From a virus (taxonomy: Duplodnaviria; Caudoviricetes): a stretch of 27,807 nucleotides of DNA. The position numbers and the translations under genes were made by a program. Each line of letters begins with the position of its first letter. The stretch's first letter is position 1. The stretch lies in IMG/VR virus record IMGVR_UViG_3300012665_000403, positions 1 to 27,807 of that record; one strand, 5' to 3'. The notes beneath the pieces are model-generated. The model was not told the origin of the DNA, did no database searches, and saw only the letters and a list, made by a program, of their open reading frames with translations. Below are positions 16,433-25,786 of this stretch, piece after piece.

Positions 16433-19400
16433 TGTTTCAGGAAAAAGATCTTTTAAAACACATAGAGACAAGTTCTTCTATTAAAACTCAGTCAGTAGTA
16501 ATTGCTGAATGGAATATGAATATTGCTACAAATATTTTAGCAGTTGGAAACTATAGATACCGACCATATGATCCAGGATCTATTTATAGAACTATTCCAA
16601 ATACCTTTGTTTTAGAAAATAAAACTTCATCCCCAGCATTTTATTATGGAGCAACAGATGCTGACGTTGTTATTGATGGAGGATTTGATCAAAACGATGC
16701 ACCATTTAGTCTTATTCCAAAAAAAGAAAAGTTAAAACTACTGTACTCTCTAGAAGACTGCTTAAAACCTTTTAGGCCAAGATCTGGAATTAATAAGGCA
16801 GTATTTCAGAGCGGTAAGTTTTTACACAACCCAGACATAAATATGGCTAGAAAGCCAAGATATTACATGGCAGACAAGAATGATCCATTTAAATATTGGA
16901 CATCTTTTAGAACTGAAAATGGAATTGAGTACGGAACTTCCACCAAGACCATGAACGGAAGGCATATGATTGAGGATGCTGCACCATTTGTGGTTTATAA
17001 AGATAAAGTACCAGCAAATAGACTTGTTGTGAAGATGCAAACAAACATTGGAGATATTGACTCTGGGAGATATACAAATAAGTCAGGTTCATTTTCAGAC
17101 CCATACTTTGGTGAATTAAATCAAACAACTCCTAACGTCTGGAAAGTACAAGTATTAAAAAATAATAACTGGGTAGATGCGGTCACGTTTGACGATCAGA
17201 GTAAAAGAAAAGATGGAACCCCAATTATTCAGTCAGATGGCTACGTTGAACTAGCATATGGTCTAGTATTGCCAAAGGTTTACTCTGAGGTATTTGTTTA
17301 TCGTGGCGAACTTTCATCACTAACTCTTAGACCGCCAGTTGGTACAAGAGAAGGAGATGCCTACCTTATCGTTGAAAACTCTGGAGATATTGGAGAATAT
17401 CATATTTGGTATAAGGGAGAGTGGAAGATATTTGTTCCAGAATATGGATGGAAATTTGAAGAGCCAGTGGTCGATAGTTTTACTAATTTTGTTACAGAAC
17501 TAACAGATCCAACAAGTTATACTGTAAGAGGAGAAACAAAGTACAAAGAGTTTGAATATATTTCTGGCATTAGAATTGTTGTAGATAGCATGAAGAAGTT
17601 TGACTCATCCTTTGACCTCATTGAGTTTTCTCCAAGACTGACTGCAGACCTGTCTGATAGAGTCCTAGACTTTTCTTTAAATAAGAGTGCATCAGACTTG
17701 GGTCAGAGTGGAATGCCAGTAGGACAACTTCTTGCATCAACAGGCAATATATCATTTTTTGATTTTGACGATGCATTTAATCAAAACAATAAGTTAAGCA
17801 TTATTGCTAATCAAAATATAAAAAATATACAGATAAAACTTTACGAGGTTTTAACAGATGCAAAACTTATAGACTACTACGTTCCTATAAAGACCATGTA
17901 CTCTGATGGGTTTCCAAAAATTGATAATCAGTCTAAGAAGGTTTCTTTAAGTCTAAGAGACCTGTACTTTTATTTTGAGTCTCAGACTGCTCCAGAAATA
18001 CTATCAACAAATACCTCTGTAAGTGCTGCAGTTTCTTTGTTGTTAGACTCTATAGGTTTTTCTAATTATATATTTAAGAGAGTTGATGGGGAATCTGAAA
18101 TGGTTATCCCTTACTTCTTTATTCCACCAGACAAGAGTGTTGCAGAAATATTACAGGGCTTAGCAATCTCAACACAGACAGCCATGTTCTTTGATGAGTA
18201 CAATAACTTTGTTATGATGAGCAAAGACTTCATCATGCCTACTAAAGATCAAAGACCTACAGACCTAACTTTTTATGGTTCTTCAGACTCAGCACAAGTA
18301 GATGTGGTTAAAAATAAAGATACAAAATCTAAACTTTCAAATATAATTGAGTTGACCAGTCAAGACAATCAGGTATATAATGCTGGTCAAATATCCTATA
18401 CCACAAGACACATACAGAGAACTCTTGGAACAATAAAGGCAACGCAGATGCTTGAACAGGAAAGGCTTTACATATATAAGCCAGTACTATTGTGGGAAGT
18501 TTCTGGAGAAGAAAGCACCAAGTCAATAAATCAAGAGGTGCAGAATAACTCCACCTACGATCTTAGTGCCATCCCATTAAACTCTTACCTTTCAGCCATC
18601 CCTCCAACGGTATCTAATGGAAGACTAATAAACAATACTATGGACCTTGGTGAAGCGATATACTACCTAGGTAGGTATAACGGATACTTCTATGCCAACG
18701 GAGAGATTATAAAGTTTGATGCCGTACAATATAATATTTCTGGAACTGGAGATGTTTGGATAACTAGCAAGATCGAGTATGATACATACTTTTCTTCTTT
18801 GCCATTTAATGGAAAGATATATCCAACTGGACTTCTAAGAATTTATTCTGAGCCAAACTATGAAGAAATAAATGGAATGTCTAAATTAAAAAATGGTGAG
18901 GTGGCTAAACATGGAAGAGCACAGTTTGGAACTAACATATCAGAGCATCATGCTGGACTAAACGAATACTGGTCAAATAATGACAATGTCCGTGGAGTAG
19001 AGATGGACTCTAAGTACCTGTTTAAGTTTGATCAGGTTCTTCCAGAAACAACGAAAGATGTTGCTGCTGGAGTTAACAATACCTTTGCTTTAAAGACAAC
19101 TAGAAATGGAATTATTAGAAATTATTTCTCATCAAAGTATATTTCAGAGTCTAATGTAAACAAGATGCTTTCAACTCAAAGCGGAACAACCCAGTCTTCC
19201 GCACTTGTTATGAATGGTGGAGGATTTAAAACAACAGATACGCCAGCAAATTTCTTGTCATACGTATACAAGCCTCTTTCAAACAACTTTAAGCATTTTG
19301 GAACAAGGCTTAGAGTTATTGGAAGAATTGAAGATAACGAAAAAAATGGACAGACTCCAGTTGGACCATCAGAACTTTATACAGTGCAGGGCAAAACTGC

Positions 19401-20733
19401 TGATGAAAAAATTACAATTGCAGGTGGCAGTGGCGGTATAGCCATTATGGTTGATCCAAAAACAAATGCTGGATACTACTTTGAAATAATTGCATTAGAT
19501 GCAACCAAGATAAACGATTCTGCAAGACAAAATGTCCACGATGTATTATTTTACAAAATAGAAGCAAATAAATCAACAGACACGAATCCATCAGCCCCAG
19601 CAATTCCAGTCACATTATACGAGGGTCTTGCTAACATAATTGTAGATGGTGGGCAGTTTGTGGGCCAGTATAGATTAGCAGCAGAGAAAGACCCAACAGT
19701 GTATGATTTATCTGTAGAGTATCAGGACATTGGATCAAAAAGAAAATTTTTCTTATACCTAAATGATAATCTAATCGCTACAGTTTTTGACGACTCTCCA
19801 CTAAAAGTGTACAACAATCTTGCTCTTTTTGTTAGAGGATCTTCCAGAGTTATGTTTGAAAATGTATATGCTTTAGCAAACAACTACTCTCAAAATACCT
19901 CATTTCAATTAGATACGCCAGTTTCAAGTGTGTTTACTGACTCTGGAATTAGTGCACAAGATTCATTTAGAAAGTATTCTATGAGTGGGTCAGTACAGGC
20001 ATCATACTTAACTGGAATAAGTTCCTCTCAACCACCAAAGTTTAGTATTTACTTTGAAGAGTTTGGAACAATCATGCGTGAGGCAGCATCATTTAATTTT
20101 AGATATGACTTAGCCTACCCAGCACTATACGCACAACTATCACCAACTTTTAATAAGTTAAAGTCTTATGCTGTATCTGGATTTAGAGCAAGGTCATACG
20201 GAGCAGAGTTTTTAATTTTTAACACAACAGACACTACGCTAAGTTTAGATTCTGCCAGCCAAAGTTATCTAAGAGTTCAGGGCATAGCATTTACCAATCA
20301 ATCTACAAATAATTTTAGTGTAGACGATTACTTTTCAAAAAACAGCAATCTGTCAGACCCTCAGTTTGATTCAACAGGTCTTATCACCGCAGTTAATAAG
20401 GTTGCAAAAAATTATGAAGATATAAAATCAAGTAGGATGCTTTATGGCAAGAAGGACTTTTCCCTTGATGTTCCTTATATTCAATCCGCTGATGCTGCTG
20501 AAAATCTTATGGCATGGCTAGTTAAAAAAATAACAAAGCCTAGAAAGTCAATAGGTTTAAGAATATTTGCAAACCCTATGATTCAATTAGGTGATATTGT
20601 AGAAGTAGACTACATTGAAAAAAATATTAATAAGGCTGGTTCCACTGGAGATAGATTTGTGGTATACAACATAGAATATTCAAAATCAAAAGATGGACCA
20701 GAAATGTCTGTATTTTTAAGTGAGGTGTTATGA
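16432..20733 (+). CDS. Large minor tail protein (tail hub/tip, central fibre-like)
   Basis: 1433 aa, beta-rich. Contains hub-like 'SVAEILQGLAISTQTAMFFDEYNNFVMM' and C-terminal 'IFANPMIQLGDIVEVDY...FVVYNIEYS'. It is the second gene after the TMP. Confidence 0.8.
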   Translation: MFQEKDLLKHIETSSSIKTQSVVIAEWNMNIATNILAVGNYRYRPYDPGSIYRTIPNTFVLENKTSSPAFYYGATDADVVIDGGFDQNDAPFSLIPKKEKLKLLYSLEDCLKPFRPRSGINKAVFQSGKFLHNPDINMARKPRYYMADKNDPFKYWTSFRTENGIEYGTSTKTMNGRHMIEDAAPFVVYKDKVPANRLVVKMQTNIGDIDSGRYTNKSGSFSDPYFGELNQTTPNVWKVQVLKNNNWVDAVTFDDQSKRKDGTPIIQSDGYVELAYGLVLPKVYSEVFVYRGELSSLTLRPPVGTREGDAYLIVENSGDIGEYHIWYKGEWKIFVPEYGWKFEEPVVDSFTNFVTELTDPTSYTVRGETKYKEFEYISGIRIVVDSMKKFDSSFDLIEFSPRLTADLSDRVLDFSLNKSASDLGQSGMPVGQLLASTGNISFFDFDDAFNQNNKLSIIANQNIKNIQIKLYEVLTDAKLIDYYVPIKTMYSDGFPKIDNQSKKVSLSLRDLYFYFESQTAPEILSTNTSVSAAVSLLLDSIGFSNYIFKRVDGESEMVIPYFFIPPDKSVAEILQGLAISTQTAMFFDEYNNFVMMSKDFIMPTKDQRPTDLTFYGSSDSAQVDVVKNKDTKSKLSNIIELTSQDNQVYNAGQISYTTRHIQRTLGTIKATQMLEQERLYIYKPVLLWEVSGEESTKSINQEVQNNSTYDLSAIPLNSYLSAIPPTVSNGRLINNTMDLGEAIYYLGRYNGYFYANGEIIKFDAVQYNISGTGDVWITSKIEYDTYFSSLPFNGKIYPTGLLRIYSEPNYEEINGMSKLKNGEVAKHGRAQFGTNISEHHAGLNEYWSNNDNVRGVEMDSKYLFKFDQVLPETTKDVAAGVNNTFALKTTRNGIIRNYFSSKYISESNVNKMLSTQSGTTQSSALVMNGGGFKTTDTPANFLSYVYKPLSNNFKHFGTRLRVIGRIEDNEKNGQTPVGPSELYTVQGKTADEKITIAGGSGGIAIMVDPKTNAGYYFEIIALDATKINDSARQNVHDVLFYKIEANKSTDTNPSAPAIPVTLYEGLANIIVDGGQFVGQYRLAAEKDPTVYDLSVEYQDIGSKRKFFLYLNDNLIATVFDDSPLKVYNNLALFVRGSSRVMFENVYALANNYSQNTSFQLDTPVSSVFTDSGISAQDSFRKYSMSGSVQASYLTGISSSQPPKFSIYFEEFGTIMREAASFNFRYDLAYPALYAQLSPTFNKLKSYAVSGFRARSYGAEFLIFNTTDTTLSLDSASQSYLRVQGIAFTNQSTNNFSVDDYFSKNSNLSDPQFDSTGLITAVNKVAKNYEDIKSSRMLYGKKDFSLDVPYIQSADAAENLMAWLVKKITKPRKSIGLRIFANPMIQLGDIVEVDYIEKNINKAGSTGDRFVVYNIEYSKSKDGPEMSVFLSEVL

Positions 20734-21242
20734 TGGCTATAGACGCAACGGCAAATCAAGCAACATATACCTGGACTAACGACTTTGGAAGAAGCACTCA
20801 GACTAATTCAACAAAGGTTGCCTTGCCTAATGCTGTAGATGATTTAAGTGATCCAATATCGTATGAGGCCATGTTTGAAATTATATTTCAAGATATTGGT
20901 GGCCAAGAGTTAATTAATATTTCTAGGGCAGATGCAATAAATGGACAAAATGTTATGTACAGCATTGTGAAAAATCTTAAAAACATAATGCTTGAGTACA
21001 ACTCTAATAATATAATTAAACTTGGAGGGACATCAGATGTTTTATTCAAGAATTTTTCTATAAGGCTTGAAGATAAAATACCTAAATATGGTAATGGAAC
21101 GGATGGCGCCATAGTTTATATTGAGCAGGGTACTGGGAATATATTGGTCGATCTTGTAAATATAGACGATGAAGAGCAGGTAGAAATAGAAATAATTAAC
21201 CAAGGAGGGTATTTTGATGATACAATTACTGATGGAGTGTAA
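20730..21242 (+). CDS. Hypothetical tail/baseplate protein
   Basis: 170 aa with ATGA overlap and SD GAGGTG (20722-20727). The start could be the second ATG at 20733. Confidence 0.65.
   Translation: MMAIDATANQATYTWTNDFGRSTQTNSTKVALPNAVDDLSDPISYEAMFEIIFQDIGGQELINISRADAINGQNVMYSIVKNLKNIMLEYNSNNIIKLGGTSDVLFKNFSIRLEDKIPKYGNGTDGAIVYIEQGTGNILVDLVNIDDEEQVEIEIINQGGYFDDTITDGV
21218..21226 (+). promoter_or_regulatory. Extended -10 promoter TGATACAAT embedded in a gene 3' end
   Basis: TGn-TACAAT, then SD GGAG (21234-21237) and ATG 21246. Confidence 0.55.
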
Positions 21243-21245
21243 TAA

Positions 21246-22409
21246 ATGATAACTAATACTGGCCAGTCAATTCTGGCAAAATACCTTGTGGGTCAGGCAC
21301 CAGCCTATGCCTCATACATTGCTATTGGCTGTGGCGCTACGCCAGTGCTATCATCTCATATATTTTCAGATGCCGAGATGACCGCTATGAAAGCAAAAGA
21401 GTCATTAGACTTTGAGATGTTTCGTATACCAGTTACATCAAGAGGATATGTTACGGAAGGGGGGGTTTCTAAGATTGTATTTACTGGAGAACTTCCAACT
21501 CTAGAAAGATATGATATAACTGAGGTAGGCATATGGTCTGCGGGATCAAACCCAAGTGCAAACTTTAATGACAGCAGAACAATATTTTTATTTAATAAAG
21601 ATGAAAACTGGGAATACCTAAACTCTTCACTATACCCATTTGAACAAAGACTAGATTCAAATGGAAATATATCAGTAATTCCACCAGGAGATACAGAAGA
21701 GACAAAAGCATTTATTACAAATGCAGATAATCCAACGTTTACAAATCCAGTAAGGAAAAGAAGATATGAAGGCTCTAGATTTTTAAATAGTATCATAGGA
21801 CTTAGAGGAGATCTTTCAGATATTGAAATAGATCCAGTTACTGAAGAAGTTACATTAGGTAGCCCTCTTTCTCCTCACTTAGTATTAAAAGGAGCAACTC
21901 TAGATTTTGATAAGTCATCCCCAAAGGATGAATTAAGATTGGCTTTTTCAGTAATAAACAAAGACTCTACAAGAACTGTAGAGCCAAACGATGTTAGAAT
22001 TATTGTAGAGTTTTCAGAAGGAGATGTTTATAATGAAGGAGAGTATGCAAGATTTGAAACAGTCATTAGTGAAACTGATCCAGAAGTAGACTTTGAAAAC
22101 CAAAGATACTTTGTGTCTGTTGCAAGATTTGAAGAATTAAATAAAAGTCCTGGGTTTACTTGGAAGGCAGCAAATGTAGTTAAGGTTTACGTTACGATAA
22201 CAGAAAAAAATTCACAAAACAATGTTGTTACCTCAGACAAATTTTACGTATGTCTGGATGCCATGAGATTAGAAAATACACAAAACCTAAATCCAATCTA
22301 TGGTCTAACTGGATATTCAGTTGTAAAAAACCTAAATTCAGAACCAATAACAAAAATAGCAAACAGTTCAAATCACATTGAGTTTAGATTTGGTTTGGAT
22401 GTTTTATAG
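21246..22409 (+). CDS. Putative tail fibre-attachment/baseplate protein (tail-collar fibre DUF3751-like N-terminus)
   Basis: 387 aa. 'MITNTGQSILAKYLVG...YIAIGCG...SLDFEMFRIPV...ITEVGIWS' resembles tail-collar fibre N-terminal domains. The middle region looks like a beta-sandwich. Confidence 0.6.
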   Translation: MITNTGQSILAKYLVGQAPAYASYIAIGCGATPVLSSHIFSDAEMTAMKAKESLDFEMFRIPVTSRGYVTEGGVSKIVFTGELPTLERYDITEVGIWSAGSNPSANFNDSRTIFLFNKDENWEYLNSSLYPFEQRLDSNGNISVIPPGDTEETKAFITNADNPTFTNPVRKRRYEGSRFLNSIIGLRGDLSDIEIDPVTEEVTLGSPLSPHLVLKGATLDFDKSSPKDELRLAFSVINKDSTRTVEPNDVRIIVEFSEGDVYNEGEYARFETVISETDPEVDFENQRYFVSVARFEELNKSPGFTWKAANVVKVYVTITEKNSQNNVVTSDKFYVCLDAMRLENTQNLNPIYGLTGYSVVKNLNSEPITKIANSSNHIEFRFGLDVL

Positions 22410-22903
22410 TGACACTTGTAAATCTTGAGCCAGACAAAGAAATAAAAAAGGCTACAGTTTTAAAAGAAGATCTGCCATCTTTTAGTGCAAACAACTTAGG
22501 CTACTTTGTTAGGTACAGAGTAGTTTCTAAGGATAAGAACAGATCCTCTCACTGGTCTCCATATTACTTTTTACCAAATGGATCTATTCCAAAAGTTAAT
22601 TGTTCTGTTACAGTAACAGGGAATCCTATAAAGGTGATTAACATGGTTTGGGAGCACCCCAAAATTTCAGAAGATATTGGAGAGACTGAAAGATCTATTT
22701 TTAAAGAATATGATGTTTATATAAAAACTAATTTAAGTGATGGTAAGTGGAGTCACTTTGCTACCGTTCCTTCAACATCATTTACCACGCTTGTTCCATC
22801 TGGAGTATCATCTTTTCAGGTTGCAGTTCAGGTTCCTATTTATCCTAAGACTTATTCTTCCCCTGCAGCAATCTTTACTTTACCAACACCGTTAGTGGTA
22901 TAA
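22409..22903 (+). CDS. Hypothetical tail protein with FN3/Ig-like features
   Basis: GTG start overlapping the upstream TAG. 'YFVRYRVVSKDKNRSSHWSP', 'INMVWEHP...YDVYIK...FQVAVQ' are FN3-like patterns. Confidence 0.6.
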   Translation: MTLVNLEPDKEIKKATVLKEDLPSFSANNLGYFVRYRVVSKDKNRSSHWSPYYFLPNGSIPKVNCSVTVTGNPIKVINMVWEHPKISEDIGETERSIFKEYDVYIKTNLSDGKWSHFATVPSTSFTTLVPSGVSSFQVAVQVPIYPKTYSSPAAIFTLPTPLVV

Positions 22904-22904
22904 T
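22896..22904 (+). promoter_or_regulatory. Extended -10 promoter TGGTATAAT, positioned for a leaderless mRNA
   Basis: Overlaps the last codons and stop of 22409..22903 and ends 6 nt before ATG 22911. No SD is present. Confidence 0.75.
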
Positions 22905-22910
22905 TATAGT

Positions 22911-23354
22911 ATGGCAAAAATACCTTTACCTGAGCGTGGGCAACCACTAGATGTCTCATATGTTTATGAGTTAGCACAAGCAGTCAACGAATTATCTAAA
23001 GAGGTATCTCCAGCAACCTACGACTATGTCACAGTACAAACAGCAGATAACGGTCCACAAAATAGAAAAATTACAGAGGTTAGAGTTATTGGAGCACTTG
23101 TTAAGGTTGCAAGTAGCAAGTCTGTTACTCCTGGAGAGCAGATTTCATTTTCACATTCTTTTTCAGGAGAGTTTAGATTCCCACCAATTGTTACTGCTAC
23201 CCCAATAAATGTAGGTCAAACTCCTGCAGGTGCCAATGTTTCTCTTATTTTAAATGACCCGTCGACATCTTCTGTTAATGGGTTTGTTAAGTTTAACACA
23301 TCTGGAGATGCATCTTTAAATGTTAACTTAATGATCATTGGTATACCAAACTAA
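22911..23354 (+). CDS. Putative small receptor-binding/tail tip protein (H-type lectin/gp53-like C-terminal domain)
   Basis: 147 aa. 'SFSHSFSGEFRFPPIVTATP...LNVNLMIIG' fits the F...F...P.V.AT...IG pattern of fibre-tip beta-sandwiches. There is a short N-terminal helix. Confidence 0.55.
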   Translation: MAKIPLPERGQPLDVSYVYELAQAVNELSKEVSPATYDYVTVQTADNGPQNRKITEVRVIGALVKVASSKSVTPGEQISFSHSFSGEFRFPPIVTATPINVGQTPAGANVSLILNDPSTSSVNGFVKFNTSGDASLNVNLMIIGIPN

Positions 23355-23545
23355 TGCTAAAGTGTAAAAAATGTAAAGGAAGAATGTTTCTTGATAGACA
23401 ATACACAACAATTGGACACCTTGAAACATACTGTATGTCTTGCGGATCAAGGAGTTTTTACAATCCACCAACAAGTTCTGCGGAGGGTTTATGGCTATTA
23501 AAAAGGGAAGTATCGAGAGCGAAGGATACAATGTCCTCCCTGTAA
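23354..23545 (+). CDS. Small Zn-ribbon protein
   Basis: 63 aa with CKKC...CMSCG (two CxxC pairs) and TAATG coupling to the upstream gene. Confidence 0.75.
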   Translation: MLKCKKCKGRMFLDRQYTTIGHLETYCMSCGSRSFYNPPTSSAEGLWLLKREVSRAKDTMSSL

Positions 23546-24033
23546 TTCCAGGGAACAAAAAAGTATGGTTTTTAAATGGAGATTTAGTTAGAGTACACCA
23601 TTTAAATAAATCTAATGGGATAATGTCTGTTTATAATATTACAAAAGATCAGATTGAAAGTTGTTTAGTTTCTGATTTTAAAAAGAAAAGAGAAAGAGCA
23701 TATACCGTAAAGGAGACTGCTGATTTAGTTAATCGTCATAAAAAATATATGCCATCACTAATGAAACGAGGAGTCATTCCATTTCCAATGGGATCTCAAA
23801 AAGGCGGGGCCAGAGGATTTCAAGTAAGATCATATTATTCAGAATCGCAAGTAAAAGAGATACGTGATATACTTGCTACATACCATATTGGTAGACCAAG
23901 AAAAGACAAATTAATAACAAACGATATTACGCCTAGCAAGCAAGAGTTGACACGAAGAATGGGCGATGGTATACTTACATATAGAAGAACAGAAGACGGA
24001 CAGTTTGTTCCAATTTGGAGCGAGTCCATTTAA
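23491..24033 (+). CDS. DNA-binding protein, MerR/excisionase-type winged HTH with AT-hook-like GRPRK
   Basis: ATG 23491 is preceded by SD GGAGG (23482-23486); the ORF track starts at 23440. HTH-like 'AYTVKETADLVNRHKKYMPSLMKRGVIP...RSYYSESQVKEIR', then 'GRPRK'. Confidence 0.75.
   Translation: MAIKKGSIESEGYNVLPVIPGNKKVWFLNGDLVRVHHLNKSNGIMSVYNITKDQIESCLVSDFKKKRERAYTVKETADLVNRHKKYMPSLMKRGVIPFPMGSQKGGARGFQVRSYYSESQVKEIRDILATYHIGRPRKDKLITNDITPSKQELTRRMGDGILTYRRTEDGQFVPIWSESI
23967..23975 (+). promoter_or_regulatory. Extended -10 promoter TGGTATACT within the HTH gene 3' end
   Basis: TGn-TATACT ~70 nt upstream of ATG 24047, which is the first gene of the helicase cluster. Confidence 0.5.
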
Positions 24034-24046
24034 CGAAGGGTATGAA

Positions 24047-24253
24047 ATGGAAAACGAAGACACAAAGGTATCTGTTACACTTGGATACACGCTTAACCTA
24101 GGAAATTTTCAATCGCTAAGACTTGACCTTGGAGTAGTTGACACAAGACGCAATGGAGAGACTGCAGATCAGGCTTTTGAGCGTGTTTACAAGTTTGTTG
24201 AAGATAAGTTAACTGACAAGATTAACGAAGCAAAGGCAGAGATTAACGAATAA
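24047..24253 (+). CDS. Small hypothetical protein (68 aa)
   Basis: MENEDTKVSVTLGYTLNLGNFQSLRLDLGV..., a beta-hairpin plus helix. ATG 24047 is preceded by GAAGGG. The ORF-track start at 23966 overlaps the upstream gene and is less likely. Confidence 0.75.
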   Translation: MENEDTKVSVTLGYTLNLGNFQSLRLDLGVVDTRRNGETADQAFERVYKFVEDKLTDKINEAKAEINE

Positions 24254-24561
24254 TGGCAGAGCGCAAAGACCGTATGGCTTTGCTTTCAAGATACAGCAAG
24301 TATCATACCGCAAGGTACGAATCAAAGCCATCTCTTAATCTAAATGTAGAACAATGGGCTTCAGATGCCCTAGTTGAATCATATGGGATTTCAGGATGCT
24401 ACGATATACTTGAGTATTACTTTAAGGTTGCGGAGAATCCTTCTTGGAATTACTTTGCATATAACGCAGAAAAGATTTTACAAGCACAAAAAGATAAAAA
24501 TAGAGATGACAACGAGAGAGCAGAGCGTAGAAGAATGGCAAAGGAGTGGCTAAGTGAATAA
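24253..24561 (+). CDS. Hypothetical protein, possibly a helicase-associated/loader factor
   Basis: 102 aa, helical, overlaps the dnaB start by 8 nt. Function inferred from position only. Confidence 0.65.
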   Translation: MAERKDRMALLSRYSKYHTARYESKPSLNLNVEQWASDALVESYGISGCYDILEYYFKVAENPSWNYFAYNAEKILQAQKDKNRDDNERAERRRMAKEWLSE

Positions 24562-25774
24562 CACAGAGTCCAAACTAATTACTGCAGTTCTTCAAGATAA
24601 GCAGATACATGTTCTGTTGCAGGCAAACGTAGATAATCTTCTTCGAACTCACGGAGATATCTGGAATTTTATCAGACTATACTTTGAGAACAATAAGTCT
24701 TTGCCACCTTCAGAACTTGTTACAGAAAAGTTTAGAGACTTTTCTCCAATAGCAAATGTTGGAGCAACTAAGCACCACCTTGAAGAGTTGCAAGGGGAAT
24801 ACCTAAACGATAGCCTAAAAGATATTTTAAGATCTGCAGCAACTAACGTTCAAAACAATCAGGGCAACATTGCTTTAAATGATTTAATTACCCAGACATC
24901 AGAGTTAAAGAAAAATACATCAGCAATACGTGACATTGATGTAACTGATCTTGAGTCTGCAGTAGCCTACTTTGAAAACCTAAAAATTCAGCAGGCTGCA
25001 GGTCATGTTGGAATTAAAACCAACCTTCCAGGTTTTGATAACTATCTTCCATCTGGGATTATGCCAGGGCAGTTAGGAGTCTTTCTAGCATACCCAGGTA
25101 TAGGAAAGTCATGGATGGCCCTATACTTTGCTGTACAGGCCTGGAAACAGGGTAAAACACCCCTTGTGATCTCACTTGAGATGTCAGAGACAGAGGTTCG
25201 TAACCGTGTATTTACAATTATGGGCGAGGGTCTTTGGTCTCATAGAAAACTCAGTAATGGAGAAGTTGAACTAGATACTCTTAAGGCATGGCATGCTAAG
25301 CACTTACAGGGCAAGCCAGAGTTTCATATTATTTCTAATGATCAGGGTGGAGAAATCAACCCGTCCGTTCTTCGTGGAAAGATTGATCAGTACAAACCAG
25401 ACTTTGTGATCGTTGACTACCTTCAGTTAATGGCTCCTAACCAGAAGTCAGATAATGAAACGGTACGAATGAAGAACCTTTCAAGAGAACTTAAACTCAT
25501 GGCTATTGGTGAAGAAGTTCCTATCATTGCTATCTCATCTGCTACACCAGATGATGTTAATGATCTAAGTGGAGTTCCTACTTTGGGTCAGACTGCTTGG
25601 TCTAGACAGATTGCCTATGATGCTGACTGGGTTATTGCACTAGGAAGAGCCTCAAATAGCGATATTATAGAATGTGCCTTTAGAAAGAATCGTAACGGAT
25701 TTATGGGAGACTTCCTTGTCCAGGTTGATTTTGATAAGGGATACTATAGGTACAAAGATTATGAAGATAAGTAG
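24554..25774 (+). CDS. dnaB: DnaB-like replicative helicase (SF4)
   Basis: GTG start with SD AAGGAG. Walker A 'AYPGIGKS', H1a 'ISLEMS', Walker B 'VIVDYLQLM', 'YDADWVI' and Arg-finger 'KNRNG'. Confidence 0.95.
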   Translation: MNNTESKLITAVLQDKQIHVLLQANVDNLLRTHGDIWNFIRLYFENNKSLPPSELVTEKFRDFSPIANVGATKHHLEELQGEYLNDSLKDILRSAATNVQNNQGNIALNDLITQTSELKKNTSAIRDIDVTDLESAVAYFENLKIQQAAGHVGIKTNLPGFDNYLPSGIMPGQLGVFLAYPGIGKSWMALYFAVQAWKQGKTPLVISLEMSETEVRNRVFTIMGEGLWSHRKLSNGEVELDTLKAWHAKHLQGKPEFHIISNDQGGEINPSVLRGKIDQYKPDFVIVDYLQLMAPNQKSDNETVRMKNLSRELKLMAIGEEVPIIAISSATPDDVNDLSGVPTLGQTAWSRQIAYDADWVIALGRASNSDIIECAFRKNRNGFMGDFLVQVDFDKGYYRYKDYEDK

Positions 25775-25775
25775 T

Positions 25776-25781
25776 TATAAT
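25776..25781 (+). promoter_or_regulatory. -10 element TATAAT positioned for a leaderless mRNA
   Basis: TATAAT directly after the dnaB stop, 5 nt before ATG 25787, with no SD. Confidence 0.6.
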
Positions 25782-25786
25782 ATGGT

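Noticed and set aside
18375-18382. Additional TATAAT-like hexamers inside coding regions (e.g. ~18376, ~18730, ~23632)
   Set aside because: They are far from start codons, lack the TGn extension and are expected by chance in AT-rich coding DNA.
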